Origin: Candidatus Latescibacterota bacterium
Lineage (GTDB): Bacteria > Latescibacterota > UBA2968 > UBA8231
Assembly (NCBI GenBank): GCA_965200315.1
Contig: OZ241362.1
Location: 1,088,001 to 1,152,000 of the forward strand
Direction of reading: 5' to 3'
DNA: 64,000 nucleotides
The notes beneath the pieces were generated by a model. The model was not told where the DNA came from. It worked only from the letters and a program-made list of their open reading frames with translations, and did not search any database. Positions 35,974-45,180 of this stretch are shown piece by piece. A program made the position numbers and the translations under genes. Every line of letters starts with the position of its first letter. Position 1 is the first letter of the stretch.

Positions 35974-37133
35974 AACCTTTTGCCCGCATCCCCGCGGCTA
36001 TTCCCCGCTCGGGCATCCGCGAGATCATGGACTTGGCCTGGGCTGTCGAAAAGACGGGCGAGGTCATCCACCTCGAAGTCGGGCAACCCGACTTTGCCAC
36101 GCCGGCACCCATTGTCGAAGCTACCTGTCGCTACGTACGCGCCGGCCACACCAAGTACGTGCCCAACGCCGGCGTCGATGCTTTGCGCACAGCCGCGGCT
36201 CGCTACTTCGAGCGCCGCACCGGCGTACCGACCACCAGCGAAAACATCCTCGTCACCCCCGGGGCCGTCATGAGCGTGGCGACCGCTTTCCTCGCCTTGC
36301 TCGAACCGGGCGACGAAGTCCTATTGCCCGATCCAGGCTGGCCCAACTACGAAATGGCCATCTCCATCGTCCACGGCCGCCCCGTCTTTTACAATTTGCG
36401 GGCGGAAAACCACTTTCTGCCCGACCTCGACGAGATCGACCGCCTAGTCAGCCCCCGCACCAAGCTCCTCCTCCTCTGCACGCCCTCCAACCCCACCGGC
36501 CAAGTGTACGACGAGTCCCTGATGCGCCAGCTCATGGACTTGGCCCAGCACCGCGACTTGTGGGTGCTGTCCGACGAGATCTACGGCCAGATCGTCTTCG
36601 ACCAACCTCATCAGAGCGCATTGCCATACGACGCGGATGGACGCACCATCGTCGTCTCCGGTATGTCCAAAAGCTACGCCATGACCGGCTACCGAGTCGG
36701 CTTTACTCGCGCCAATCCCGAGTACATCGAACTAGCCTCCAAGCTCCAAGAGCCCTTTATCTCGTGTGGCACGGGCTTTTCCCAGCTAGCGTCAGCCGAC
36801 GCGCTCGATGGCCCGCAAGACGACGTAGCCGCCATGTGCCGCGCCTATGCGCGCCGCCGCGACATCGCCCTTGATGTCCTGAGAGAATACGACTTATACC
36901 GCTACACCCCAGGCGGCGCGATCTACCTGATGATCGACATCTCCACAGCCAGCATGGACTCCGGCGAATTCGCCATCCGGCTGCTCAAAGAACAGCGCGT
37001 GGCCGTGGCCCCGGGCAGCACCTTCGGCCAGATGTGCCGCGACCACGTGCGCATCTCCATCGCCGCCTCCGAAGAACACATCCGCCGAGGCGTAACTACC
37101 ATCTGCGAATTCGCACAACAAGCCGGCAGCTAA
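35970..37133 (+). CDS. PLP-dependent aminotransferase class I/II
   Basis: VGQPDF, PSNPTG, SDEIY and SKSYAMTGYRVG; ATGA overlap. Confidence 0.95.
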   Translation: MKPFARIPAAIPRSGIREIMDLAWAVEKTGEVIHLEVGQPDFATPAPIVEATCRYVRAGHTKYVPNAGVDALRTAAARYFERRTGVPTTSENILVTPGAVMSVATAFLALLEPGDEVLLPDPGWPNYEMAISIVHGRPVFYNLRAENHFLPDLDEIDRLVSPRTKLLLLCTPSNPTGQVYDESLMRQLMDLAQHRDLWVLSDEIYGQIVFDQPHQSALPYDADGRTIVVSGMSKSYAMTGYRVGFTRANPEYIELASKLQEPFISCGTGFSQLASADALDGPQDDVAAMCRAYARRRDIALDVLREYDLYRYTPGGAIYLMIDISTASMDSGEFAIRLLKEQRVAVAPGSTFGQMCRDHVRISIAASEEHIRRGVTTICEFAQQAGS

Positions 37134-37150
37134 GCGAAGGAACATCCGTT

Positions 37151-37909
37151 TTGGACCGCGAATTGTTGCAACGGGGGTTCGTCCCCCAGCCACTGACGTC
37201 CGCACAATGCAGCGCGCTAGACGCCAACGGCTTCATCCTCTTGGAAAAAGTCATCGCGCCCGCCTGGCTGGCCGAGTTGCGCCGTGCTTTTGACGCGATT
37301 TTTGCCCGCGAAGGCGACCAAGCCGGCGCTGAGGTATCCCAAGTGGAGGGCGTACGCCGCCTCGCCGATTTGGTCAACAAGGGGACGGTTTTCGACGCGG
37401 TGTACCTACAGCCAGCACTGCTGACGGCGGTCTTCCACGTCTTGCAGCGGCCGTTTAAGCTGCACTCGCTCAACGGGCACGCCCCACTGCCCGGCCGCGG
37501 CTTACAGACCCTACATGCGGATTGGGGGCAACCCACCGTGCCCGGCGGGCCGTACCACGTCGTCAACTCCATGTGGATGCTCGACGATTTCACCGCAGCC
37601 AACGGCGCGACCCGCTGCGTCCCCGGCAGCCACCGCAAACCCGGCCGGGTTGCCGACTACGTGGCCGACCGCTTGGCCGATCATCCCGAGCAAGTGCATC
37701 TGACGGGCCGCGCCGGCTCGATCGCCGTGTTCAACGGCAGCCTCTGGCACAGCTCGTATCGCAACCAGAGCAACGCCCCCCGCCGCACTCTGCACTGCGC
37801 CTTTATCGCCCGCGAGCACCCGCAACAGACCAACCAGCGCGAGTACTTGCAGCCCGCCACCGCCCAGCGGCTCTCGCCACTAGCGCACTACATTCTCGAC
37901 GTGGAGTGA
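37151..37909 (+). CDS. Phytanoyl-CoA dioxygenase (PhyH) family protein
   Basis: LHAD (HxD), NGATRCVPGSH, LWH and N.S..PRR. Confidence 0.92.
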   Translation: MDRELLQRGFVPQPLTSAQCSALDANGFILLEKVIAPAWLAELRRAFDAIFAREGDQAGAEVSQVEGVRRLADLVNKGTVFDAVYLQPALLTAVFHVLQRPFKLHSLNGHAPLPGRGLQTLHADWGQPTVPGGPYHVVNSMWMLDDFTAANGATRCVPGSHRKPGRVADYVADRLADHPEQVHLTGRAGSIAVFNGSLWHSSYRNQSNAPRRTLHCAFIAREHPQQTNQREYLQPATAQRLSPLAHYILDVE

Positions 37910-37911
37910 AC

Positions 37912-38991
37912 CTAGAGGTATTTCTCGTACCCCTGCTTTTCTTTGAGATGGTCCACCGCGTCTTTCACCTGCTGAGCCGCCCCCTTCGCGCACACCAGCA
38001 GCGCGTCTTCGGTATCCACCACCACCAAGTCCTCCACTCCCAACAGCAGCACGACTTTGTCGGCTTGTCCGTACACCGTCGAACGGGCCGCGTCCAACGC
38101 CACCACCTCGCCCGACAGCAAATTGCCCGCGTCATCCGTCGGCAACACGTCCGTCAGCGCCGACCAAGAGCCGATGTCCCCCCAGGCGATATCCGCCTCT
38201 AGCGTGGCCACCTTGGAGGTGCGCTCAACCAAGGAGTGGTCGATGGAGATCGGCTTGAGTTTTGGATACTCGCGGGCGATAACCGCTTCCTCTTCCGGCG
38301 TACCAATGGCTGCTTGGATGCGCCGCAACCCAGCGTGCATTTCCGGCTCAAAGCGGGCGAAAAGCTCCAGCACGGTCGCCGCCTTCCAGACAAACATATT
38401 GCTGTTCCACAAATAGTGACCGCTCGCCACGTACTCAGCCGCCTGTTGTGCGGCGGGCTTTTCAGTAAACTCGGCAACCGCGTACACCGGCCTCCCGCGC
38501 ACCTGTGCCAGCACGGGACCGCGGCGGATGTAGCCATAACCAGTTTCAGCGCGCGTCGGCTTGACCCCGAGCGTGAACAAGTAGTCGGGCCGATCATTTA
38601 GGGCTTGGTCGGCGACCTGCAACAAGCGGCAGAACTCATCGGGCCGGCCTATGTAGTGGTCCGATCCCAAGCTAGCGACCGTGCAGCCCGGATGGCGGGC
38701 CTCTAACAGCGCACATTCCAAGCCGATGGCCGGTCCGGTATTGCGCAGCGCTGGCTCGACGATGAGCTGCTCCGGCGGCAGCGTCGGCACTTGGTCCCTC
38801 ACCAGCGACTGCAACGAGCCTCCGGTCGAGATGTACACATCGGTCGGCGCGGCAATCGCACCAATGCGGGCGACCGCGTCTTGGAGCATGGTCTGCTCGC
38901 CGGCCATGCAGTGGAACTGTTTGGGCTTGCGCGCTCGGCTATAGGGCCACAGCCGCGTACCGACCCCTCCAGCGCGAATGACGAATTTCAT
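37912..38991 (-). CDS. Mannose-1-phosphate guanylyltransferase
   Basis: AGGVGTRLWPYSR..PKQF, RNTGPA, ETGYGYI, EKP and WGDIGSW. Confidence 0.93.
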   Translation of the reverse strand: MKFVIRAGGVGTRLWPYSRARKPKQFHCMAGEQTMLQDAVARIGAIAAPTDVYISTGGSLQSLVRDQVPTLPPEQLIVEPALRNTGPAIGLECALLEARHPGCTVASLGSDHYIGRPDEFCRLLQVADQALNDRPDYLFTLGVKPTRAETGYGYIRRGPVLAQVRGRPVYAVAEFTEKPAAQQAAEYVASGHYLWNSNMFVWKAATVLELFARFEPEMHAGLRRIQAAIGTPEEEAVIAREYPKLKPISIDHSLVERTSKVATLEADIAWGDIGSWSALTDVLPTDDAGNLLSGEVVALDAARSTVYGQADKVVLLLGVEDLVVVDTEDALLVCAKGAAQQVKDAVDHLKEKQGYEKYL

Positions 38992-39116
38992 TGGTTGACA
39001 CTCCCGTGATGAATTCAGCGTCGAGCAATATAACCAATTGCCGACCCCTAGCAGAGTGGACTATTGTTTAACCTGATGCTGTTATGTATCTTTAGAAATT
39101 TTACAAGGAACTTCGC

Positions 39117-40373
39117 ATGGCCTATTCGCAATTCGACCGGGTTCCCAATCACTACACCGGCCCCCTCATCCAGCGCATCAAGGACTTCCGCCTGAAAAAC
39201 GGCAAGCGTTCGCTGTACCCGACGCTCCTGCAAGTCGGCCAGCTACAGGTCTTAATCCCCCGGCACTTTGGCTTTTGCTTTGGAGTCGAGCGGGCCATTC
39301 ACATGGCCTTTTCAGCCCTAAAAAAGCACCCGGAGCGCAACACGTACCTCGTCAGCGAGATCATCCACAACCCCTTGGTCAACAACGACCTCAAAAAGCA
39401 AGGCATCCGCTTTATTTACGCTCCCGAGGGGGACCGCCAAGTCTCCGAAGAGGAGCTAAACAGCGACGACATCGCGCTCATCCCGGCCTTCGGCACCACC
39501 ATGCAGACCGAAGAATCGCTCCGCCAAAGCGGCATCGACATCGAATCCGAGGAATACCGAGAAAATTACGATACCACGTGCCCTTTTGTGTCCAAAGTGT
39601 GGAAGCGCGGCGAGGAGCTAGGCCGCCAAGGCTATACCATCATCATCCACGGCAAGTACAACCACGCAGAGACCCAAGCGACTCATTCGCATACCGAGGA
39701 ACACACCAAAACCCTAGTGGTATTCGACGAAGCCGAAGCCGAAAAGGTGGCCGCGTACATCACGGGTGCGCTGCCACTAGCCGACTTCGAGCGCATCTTT
39801 GCCAGCAAAAGTTCAGCGGGTTTCGACCCACAAAAGGACCTAACGCGGGTGGCCGTGGTCAACCAGACGACCATGCTCGCTGAGGAAACGCAAGCAGTGG
39901 CCGCAATTTTGCGCCGCGCCATGCGCCAGCGCTATGGCGATGACAACCTCGACTACCACTGCGCCGACACCAATGACACCCTGTGCTACGCCACTCATCA
40001 AAACCAGAACGCCATGCGGACCCTGCTAAGCTCTGGTGCCGATTTGGCTTTGATCTTGGGTGGTTACAATAGCTCAAACACCTCGCATTTAGTCGAGCTG
40101 TGCCTCCAATCCATGCCGAGCTTCCTCATCGCCGACAGCGACGAGATCCTATCGGATCAGCGCATCCGCCATTTTGATATTCACGCCAAAAAAATAGTCG
40201 AGAGCGAGAGCTGGCTGCCGCACACCCTACCCGTGCGGCTAATCATTACCTCGGGCGCATCCTGCCCGGATATCCTCATGGACCGAGTGCTGGAAAAGGT
40301 CGCCGGCTTGTACGGGTACGGCGCACAAGAAATTGACGCTGCCCACTTGCAGATCTTTGAGGATAGCCTGTGA
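39117..40373 (+). CDS. ispH: 4-hydroxy-3-methylbut-2-enyl diphosphate reductase (long form)
   Basis: GFCFGV, IIHNP, TTCPFV, NQTT, TLCYAT, SSNT and TSGASCP. Confidence 0.96.
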   Translation: MAYSQFDRVPNHYTGPLIQRIKDFRLKNGKRSLYPTLLQVGQLQVLIPRHFGFCFGVERAIHMAFSALKKHPERNTYLVSEIIHNPLVNNDLKKQGIRFIYAPEGDRQVSEEELNSDDIALIPAFGTTMQTEESLRQSGIDIESEEYRENYDTTCPFVSKVWKRGEELGRQGYTIIIHGKYNHAETQATHSHTEEHTKTLVVFDEAEAEKVAAYITGALPLADFERIFASKSSAGFDPQKDLTRVAVVNQTTMLAEETQAVAAILRRAMRQRYGDDNLDYHCADTNDTLCYATHQNQNAMRTLLSSGADLALILGGYNSSNTSHLVELCLQSMPSFLIADSDEILSDQRIRHFDIHAKKIVESESWLPHTLPVRLIITSGASCPDILMDRVLEKVAGLYGYGAQEIDAAHLQIFEDSL

Positions 40374-40672
40374 TACTCGGCCTCGTCAAAGGGCATGTGG
40401 TCTCCAGCGCCAAGGTAGATGCGCTCGAAGGCGAGAAACTCTTAATCGTCGAGATCCTCACCGCCACGCCCGAAAGTTTGCAGCGCACGCAAAAGCACAT
40501 CGTCTGCATCGACGGTGTGCAAGCGGGCGAGGGCGAACTCGTCGTCGTCGTGCAGGGGAGTTCAGCGCGGCAGGCACCGGGCATGGATCAAATGCCAGTA
40601 GATGCGCTGATCATCGGCATTGTGGATTCGCTACAGGCGTTTGGGCGCACCCTAGAAAAGCAAGTCGCATGA
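40370..40672 (+). CDS. EutN/CcmL microcompartment vertex protein (BMC-P) 1
   Basis: G.VVSSAK..LEG.KLLIV, DGVQAGEGE.V, GSSAR and DALIIGIVD; GTGA overlap with ispH. Confidence 0.93.
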   Translation: MILGLVKGHVVSSAKVDALEGEKLLIVEILTATPESLQRTQKHIVCIDGVQAGEGELVVVVQGSSARQAPGMDQMPVDALIIGIVDSLQAFGRTLEKQVA

Positions 40673-40929
40673 GGATCTGCCGCGTCATTGGCCACGTAGT
40701 CGCCAGCAGCAAACATCCCTTGCTCGCTGGCCAGAAGATCATGGTGGTACGCCCCGAAGACGAGGAGGACGGTGCTTTGCAGGTGGCGGTTGATGGGAGC
40801 CAAGCAGGGATCGGCAGCAAAGTGCTGGTCGTTCAGTCGGGAGCCGCCGGGGCCGCGGTGACCGGGGCCGAGCGGCCGCCGTGCAGGAGCGTAATCGTGG
40901 GAATTATCGACGAAGAGGCTGCCGAGTGA
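40669..40929 (+). CDS. EutN/CcmL microcompartment vertex protein (BMC-P) 2
   Basis: MRICRVIGHVVASSKHPLLAGQKIMVV..VAVDGSQAGIGSKVLV..IVGIIDE; ATGA overlap. Confidence 0.9.
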   Translation: MRICRVIGHVVASSKHPLLAGQKIMVVRPEDEEDGALQVAVDGSQAGIGSKVLVVQSGAAGAAVTGAERPPCRSVIVGIIDEEAAE

Positions 40930-41189
40930 AGCTAGCCAAGGTAGTGGGCACCGTAGTGCTCTCGCAGTGCATTGAGCCGTTCCGCGGCCAGATATTGCAC
41001 CTGACCCAAGACCTCGACGAGCACTTAGAACCTATGGGCGAGGCCGAGGTCTGCGCGACGTGGGCAGCCCTGCGCGAGGGAGACGCGGCCATCGTCGAGG
41101 TCGCACGCGAAGCCTGCAATGCCTTCGCCCCTCCGCTGCCTACGGACGCGGCCATCGTCGGCAAGGTGGACGAGATACACCTCGGCTAA
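40926..41189 (+). CDS. Divergent EutN/CcmL microcompartment vertex protein (BMC-P) 3
   Basis: VKLAKVVGTVV...REA..AF..PLPTDAAIVGKVDEI; GTGA overlap. Confidence 0.8.
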   Translation: MKLAKVVGTVVLSQCIEPFRGQILHLTQDLDEHLEPMGEAEVCATWAALREGDAAIVEVAREACNAFAPPLPTDAAIVGKVDEIHLG

Positions 41190-41482
41190 GCCGCATGGCG
41201 CTCGGCCCGAGCACTGCGCAGCCTTTCTAGCTCTAGCATCCAAGCATCTTCGTACTGACGCAGCACCCGATACCACGCGCTCAGATCCGCTTCGCCGCGC
41301 AGGAGCTGACGGGCGGTTTGATCGATGACTTTCTCGGCCTGCTGAACTTGGGGGCGGGCGGCCGAGCTGCACATGGGAATGGGGCCGAAAGCACTTCGCA
41401 CCCGATTGATGACCGCGCTGAGCTCGCCGCCTAGGCGGGATATGGATGGGGATGTGGGGAATGATGCGCGCTGCCTGTGCAT
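41186..41482 (-). CDS. Hypothetical 98-aa helical protein
   Basis: Strong RBS aggagg and a dedicated sigma70-like promoter upstream. Confidence 0.65.
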   Translation of the reverse strand: MHRQRASFPTSPSISRLGGELSAVINRVRSAFGPIPMCSSAARPQVQQAEKVIDQTARQLLRGEADLSAWYRVLRQYEDAWMLELERLRSARAERHAA

Positions 41483-41547
41483 TGGAAACCTCCTAAGGGA
41501 GTGCTGGCGCTTGGGGATGCGCCAGAGAGGACTTGGGGAATCGCTTT

Positions 41548-41599
41548 ACTGCACTTGTGTTCACTAATTAAACATACTGAACACAAGTGCAGTTGTCAA
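41548..41599 (-). promoter_or_regulatory. Sigma70 promoter overlapped by a perfect 16-bp inverted repeat
   Basis: ACTGCACTTGTGTTCA (41548-41563) N14 TGAACACAAGTGCAGT (41578-41593); minus strand TTGACA-N17-TATGTT. Confidence 0.8.
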
Positions 41600-41632
41600 G
41601 CAATTTAACCCCTTGCAGCGCGTTTTTTTCTC

Positions 41633-42001
41633 TCAAACTCTCCATCGCCGCAGGCTAAACTCGCCGTTGTCCAGCCACCTCCAGCCCACGTAGAGCATCG
41701 CCAGCATCAAGGCAACTTTCAGCAGCAAAAACACAGCCCCAAAGACGCCGGACACCAAGCCCCACGCGGCCCAAAATGCCAGCCAGACCCCAGCGAGTAG
41801 GACCAAAGCTCCGACGACCCGGCCCAAGATGCTCTCGCCGCGCAACCAGCGCAGACCTATGTAGAGTGCCCCGGCAGCCAAGGCCCCGACCGCGACCGCG
41901 CCGAGCAAACCAAAGAGGCTGCCGAACAAGGGCCAAATCAGCTTGATCCCCCAAGCAACGCCCCCAATTAGCAATAGTACACCTAGTATTCTGGCCAACA
42001 T
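41633..42001 (-). CDS. Small membrane protein of psp-like operon (about 4 TM, internal duplication)
   Basis: Hydrophobic 122 aa; two ALYxGxRWL-type repeats; RBS aggagg 12 bp after pspA. Confidence 0.75.
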   Translation of the reverse strand: MLARILGVLLLIGGVAWGIKLIWPLFGSLFGLLGAVAVGALAAGALYIGLRWLRGESILGRVVGALVLLAGVWLAFWAAWGLVSGVFGAVFLLLKVALMLAMLYVGWRWLDNGEFSLRRWRV

Positions 42002-42013
42002 GACCGGCCTCCT

Positions 42014-42679
42014 TTACGATGTCTTTGCCGCTTTCAGCGCGGCTAGTTCCTCTGCGACCTTGTGGTCGCGCTCGGCGCGGTGCTTGGCGGCTAGCCCGCG
42101 CAGTACTTCGGCCTCAGCGACGGCCTGATCCACCTGTTGCTCAAAGCGCGCCAGTTCGCGCTCGCTTTGCTGTACCCGCTGCGCGATCGCGTCAAAGCGG
42201 AGCGCGGGCGTGTCTTCGCCGAATGCTACACCGCGCTCGCGCTCGGCGCAACAGCGGGCGATTAGCTGACCCCGCCGAGCGCGGATATCGCGCAGTTTTT
42301 GGCGCAGGAGCTCGACTTGCTCCTCTAGCTGGACCACGGTGTCGCAGCTTTCTGCGAGGGCCGGTTCCAGCCGCCCGTGCGCTTGGTCCAGCTCCGCCTT
42401 CTGTACCAAGGCGAGCCGTGCGTCTTCGTCGTTTCCGGCCTCCACCGCGGCGGCGGCCTTCGCTTGCCATAGCTGCATCTGCTCGGCGTTGCGCTGGCGG
42501 GTGCGCTCTAGACGCCGCTTGGTGGCCCGCGCCTTGACCAAAGAATCTACGGCTTGGTCAACGGCCCGCTCGGCGTCGCGGACGATTTGATCCACCATCT
42601 TCGCCGGATCCTCGATCCGGTCCAGCACCTCGTTGAGGTTCGCCTTCCAGATGGTAGCGATTCGCTCTATTGCTCCCAT
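42014..42679 (-). CDS. pspA: PspA/IM30 family protein
   Basis: N-terminal ERI..IWKANLNEVLDRIEDPAKM.DQ; A..AVEAGNDEDARLAL; coiled coil. Confidence 0.9.
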   Translation of the reverse strand: MGAIERIATIWKANLNEVLDRIEDPAKMVDQIVRDAERAVDQAVDSLVKARATKRRLERTRQRNAEQMQLWQAKAAAAVEAGNDEDARLALVQKAELDQAHGRLEPALAESCDTVVQLEEQVELLRQKLRDIRARRGQLIARCCAERERGVAFGEDTPALRFDAIAQRVQQSERELARFEQQVDQAVAEAEVLRGLAAKHRAERDHKVAEELAALKAAKTS

Positions 42680-42700
42680 GATATGTCTCCTATGTCACGC

Positions 42701-42910
42701 CTAAAGGCGCTGTGAAGTGGGGTTGGTGTTTTGGGCCGCCCGACCGCGCTGCCGCTGCCGCCGCGCAAAAGGCGATTCAATGTCGTATTTGCGGCAGAGC
42801 CGGCTAAAACTGCGAATCGTGATCCCCAGTGCCCGGCTGGCGTCCTGATTGCATTTGTACATCCGCGCTACGCGCTCGATCTGCTCCCTGCTAAATCCTT
42901 TGTTCACCAA
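42701..42910 (-). CDS. Stand-alone Fis/TyrR-type HTH protein
   Basis: IERVARMYKCNQDASRALGITIRSFSRLCRKYDI resembles the C-terminal HTH of enhancer-binding proteins; RBS aaggagg. Confidence 0.7.
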   Translation of the reverse strand: MVNKGFSREQIERVARMYKCNQDASRALGITIRSFSRLCRKYDIESPFARRQRQRGRAAQNTNPTSQRL

Positions 42911-42950
42911 GGTATCCTCCTTGTTGGGGTACGAGATTTACCCCGTTTAT

Positions 42951-42968
42951 TAGCAAAGGGCGTACCGC
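42951..42968 (-). promoter_or_regulatory. Putative sigma54 promoter of HTH-pspA operon
   Basis: Minus strand GCGGTACGCCCTTTGCTA = GG-N10-GC, with TTGC at -12. Confidence 0.65.
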
Positions 42969-43329
42969 CGCTTTGCGCCGTGTACAACTTGTTTGTAGGC
43001 AACCAGATAGGATTCTAAGAGAAGAGTGGAGCACCGCCCGCGTCTACGGCGGCATTCGCCACTTCTGGCGCGAGCCGCCAGCCGCTCGCACACATCGCGG
43101 CGCACGTTGACGAGCTAAAAGAGCATGTTTAGTTTATATTATCCTCCAATTGTTTTATATACAAAACAAATGTTTTATAACATAGTCATAATTGGCATCA
43201 AAAGGCTCATCGTGGAAAAACCGCTTGAATCGCTAGCTTAACTTGTCCATTTTCTCTTATATTTTGTATTTATAAATAAAACCATGCCGCCCGTGTATCT
43301 TTCAATCACTCAGTGATGGAGAATCTCAG

Positions 43330-44319
43330 TTGAATCCGCACAAGAGAGAAGTCATTGCGAGCATGGAGGATTTTGTCAGGGACCAGCTCCAGCTACTCAA
43401 ATCCGTAGAAGACAGTTGGCAGCCCGACGATTTTCTCCCCAATGTGGGCGCGGAAAACTGGGAAGACTCCATCCGCGAATTCCGCACCCGCGCCCAAGCG
43501 CTTCCCGACGATGTCCTCGTCGTCCTCGTCGGCGACATGATTACCGAGGAAGCCCTGCCCACCTATCAGACCTTGCTCAACAGCTTTGAAGGCGTGTCGG
43601 ACACCACCGGCACGGATCCCAGCCCGTGGGCCCAGTGGTCGCGCGGTTGGACGGCCGAGGAAAATCGCCACGGCGACCTGCTCAACAAATACCTCTTCCT
43701 CACCGGCCGCGTCGATATGCGCGCCATCGAAACGACCATCCAACATCTGCTGCGCAATGGCTTCAACCCGCAAGCCGCCCAAGATCCCTACAAAGGCTTC
43801 GTCTATACGTCTTTTCAAGAGCGGGCGACCCGCATCTCCCATAGCAACGTGGCCCGCTTGGCGCAAAAGGCCGGCGATTCTCACCTCAAGACCATCTGCG
43901 GCGTCGTGGCCGGCGACGAAGCCCGCCACGAAAGAGCGTACACGAACTTTATCAAGAAAATTTTCGAGCTAGACCCCAACGGCGCGGTATTGGCCTTCCG
44001 CGACCTGATGAAACGCCAAGTCGTCATGCCCGCTCACCTGATGACCGACGGGCAGGACCCCAACCTCTTTGAACATTTCTCGCTGGTGGCCCAGCGGCTC
44101 GGGGTGTACACGGCCAAGCACTACTCAGAAATCACCCAGCACCTAGTCCGCCAGTGGGGATTGGATTCGCTCAGCGGCCTCACCGGCGAAGCGGCCGCCG
44201 CCCAAGACTACTTGTGCTCGCTCGGGCCGCGCTACGCTAAGCTAGCCGAGCGCAACGAGCGACGGCTAAAGGACACCTCACCATTGAGGTTTAGTTGGAT
44301 CCACAACCGCTGCGTCTAA
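43330..44319 (+). CDS. Soluble acyl-ACP desaturase (ferritin-like, plant/DesA-type)
   Basis: SWQPDDFLP, ITEEALPTY, WTAEENRHG, YTSFQERAT, DEARHE and MPAHLM. Confidence 0.95.
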   Translation: MNPHKREVIASMEDFVRDQLQLLKSVEDSWQPDDFLPNVGAENWEDSIREFRTRAQALPDDVLVVLVGDMITEEALPTYQTLLNSFEGVSDTTGTDPSPWAQWSRGWTAEENRHGDLLNKYLFLTGRVDMRAIETTIQHLLRNGFNPQAAQDPYKGFVYTSFQERATRISHSNVARLAQKAGDSHLKTICGVVAGDEARHERAYTNFIKKIFELDPNGAVLAFRDLMKRQVVMPAHLMTDGQDPNLFEHFSLVAQRLGVYTAKHYSEITQHLVRQWGLDSLSGLTGEAAAAQDYLCSLGPRYAKLAERNERRLKDTSPLRFSWIHNRCV

Positions 44320-44336
44320 CCGGGGCCGCAGCCAGC

Positions 44337-45179
44337 ATGCGTCCACGGCCTTCCGACCCTTTTTTCGCCCTCGTCCAAAAAGCGCGCGACTCCTCCGGCG
44401 AGATCGACCTCGCCCGCGGAGCCTTGCTCATTGCCCTGCAAGCGTATCCCGACCTCGATATCGAGCACTACCTGCGGCAGCTCGACGCGCTAAGCGAGGG
44501 CTTTCGCGCCCGCTATGCCGCGGCCGACACCTTGCCGGCCGCACTGGCTAACCTGAGCCAATACGTGTTCGGCGACCTCGGCTTCCGCGGCGACCACACC
44601 CACTACGACGATCCCCGCAACAGCTACCTCAACGAGGTCCTCGACCGCCGCCTCGGCATTCCCATCACCCTAGCGGTCGTCTATCTAGAACTGGGCAAGC
44701 GGCTGTCCTTCCCCCTCGCAGGGGTCAATTTTCCGCATCACTTCCTCGTGCGCAGCACCCAAGGCGATGATCCGCTCTTCGTCGATCCCTTTGCCGACGG
44801 CACTTTTGTCGATGGCGAGTCCTTGGGCGAGCGGCTACCGGTCATTGAGGGGCGTCGGCTCGAATTGGCCCCCGAGTTCATTGAGCCGACCTCGTCGCTG
44901 CACATCTTAGCGCGGATGCTCCGCAACCTCAAACGCCTCCACTTCCAAGCCCGCGAGTTTTCCACCGCCATCCGCTGGGCCGAGAAAATCGCGTATCTAC
45001 TGCCAGCCGAAGCCGAAAACTACCGAGACCTCGGCTTTCTCTACCACCACACCCGCGAGTACCTCAAGGCCATTGAGGCCTTTAGCGAGTATCTCCGCCA
45101 AACCGGCGACGCCCCGGACGCCCCCACCATCGAGCACAACATCCGCGTTCTTGCCAATCGCCTGATTCCGCTCAACTGA
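44337..45179 (+). CDS. SirB1/transglutaminase-like protein with TPR
   Basis: YDDPRNSYLNEVLDRRLGIPITL, GVNFPHHFL, ILARMLRNLK and RDLG. Confidence 0.9.
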   Translation: MRPRPSDPFFALVQKARDSSGEIDLARGALLIALQAYPDLDIEHYLRQLDALSEGFRARYAAADTLPAALANLSQYVFGDLGFRGDHTHYDDPRNSYLNEVLDRRLGIPITLAVVYLELGKRLSFPLAGVNFPHHFLVRSTQGDDPLFVDPFADGTFVDGESLGERLPVIEGRRLELAPEFIEPTSSLHILARMLRNLKRLHFQAREFSTAIRWAEKIAYLLPAEAENYRDLGFLYHHTREYLKAIEAFSEYLRQTGDAPDAPTIEHNIRVLANRLIPLN

Positions 45180-45180
45180 C

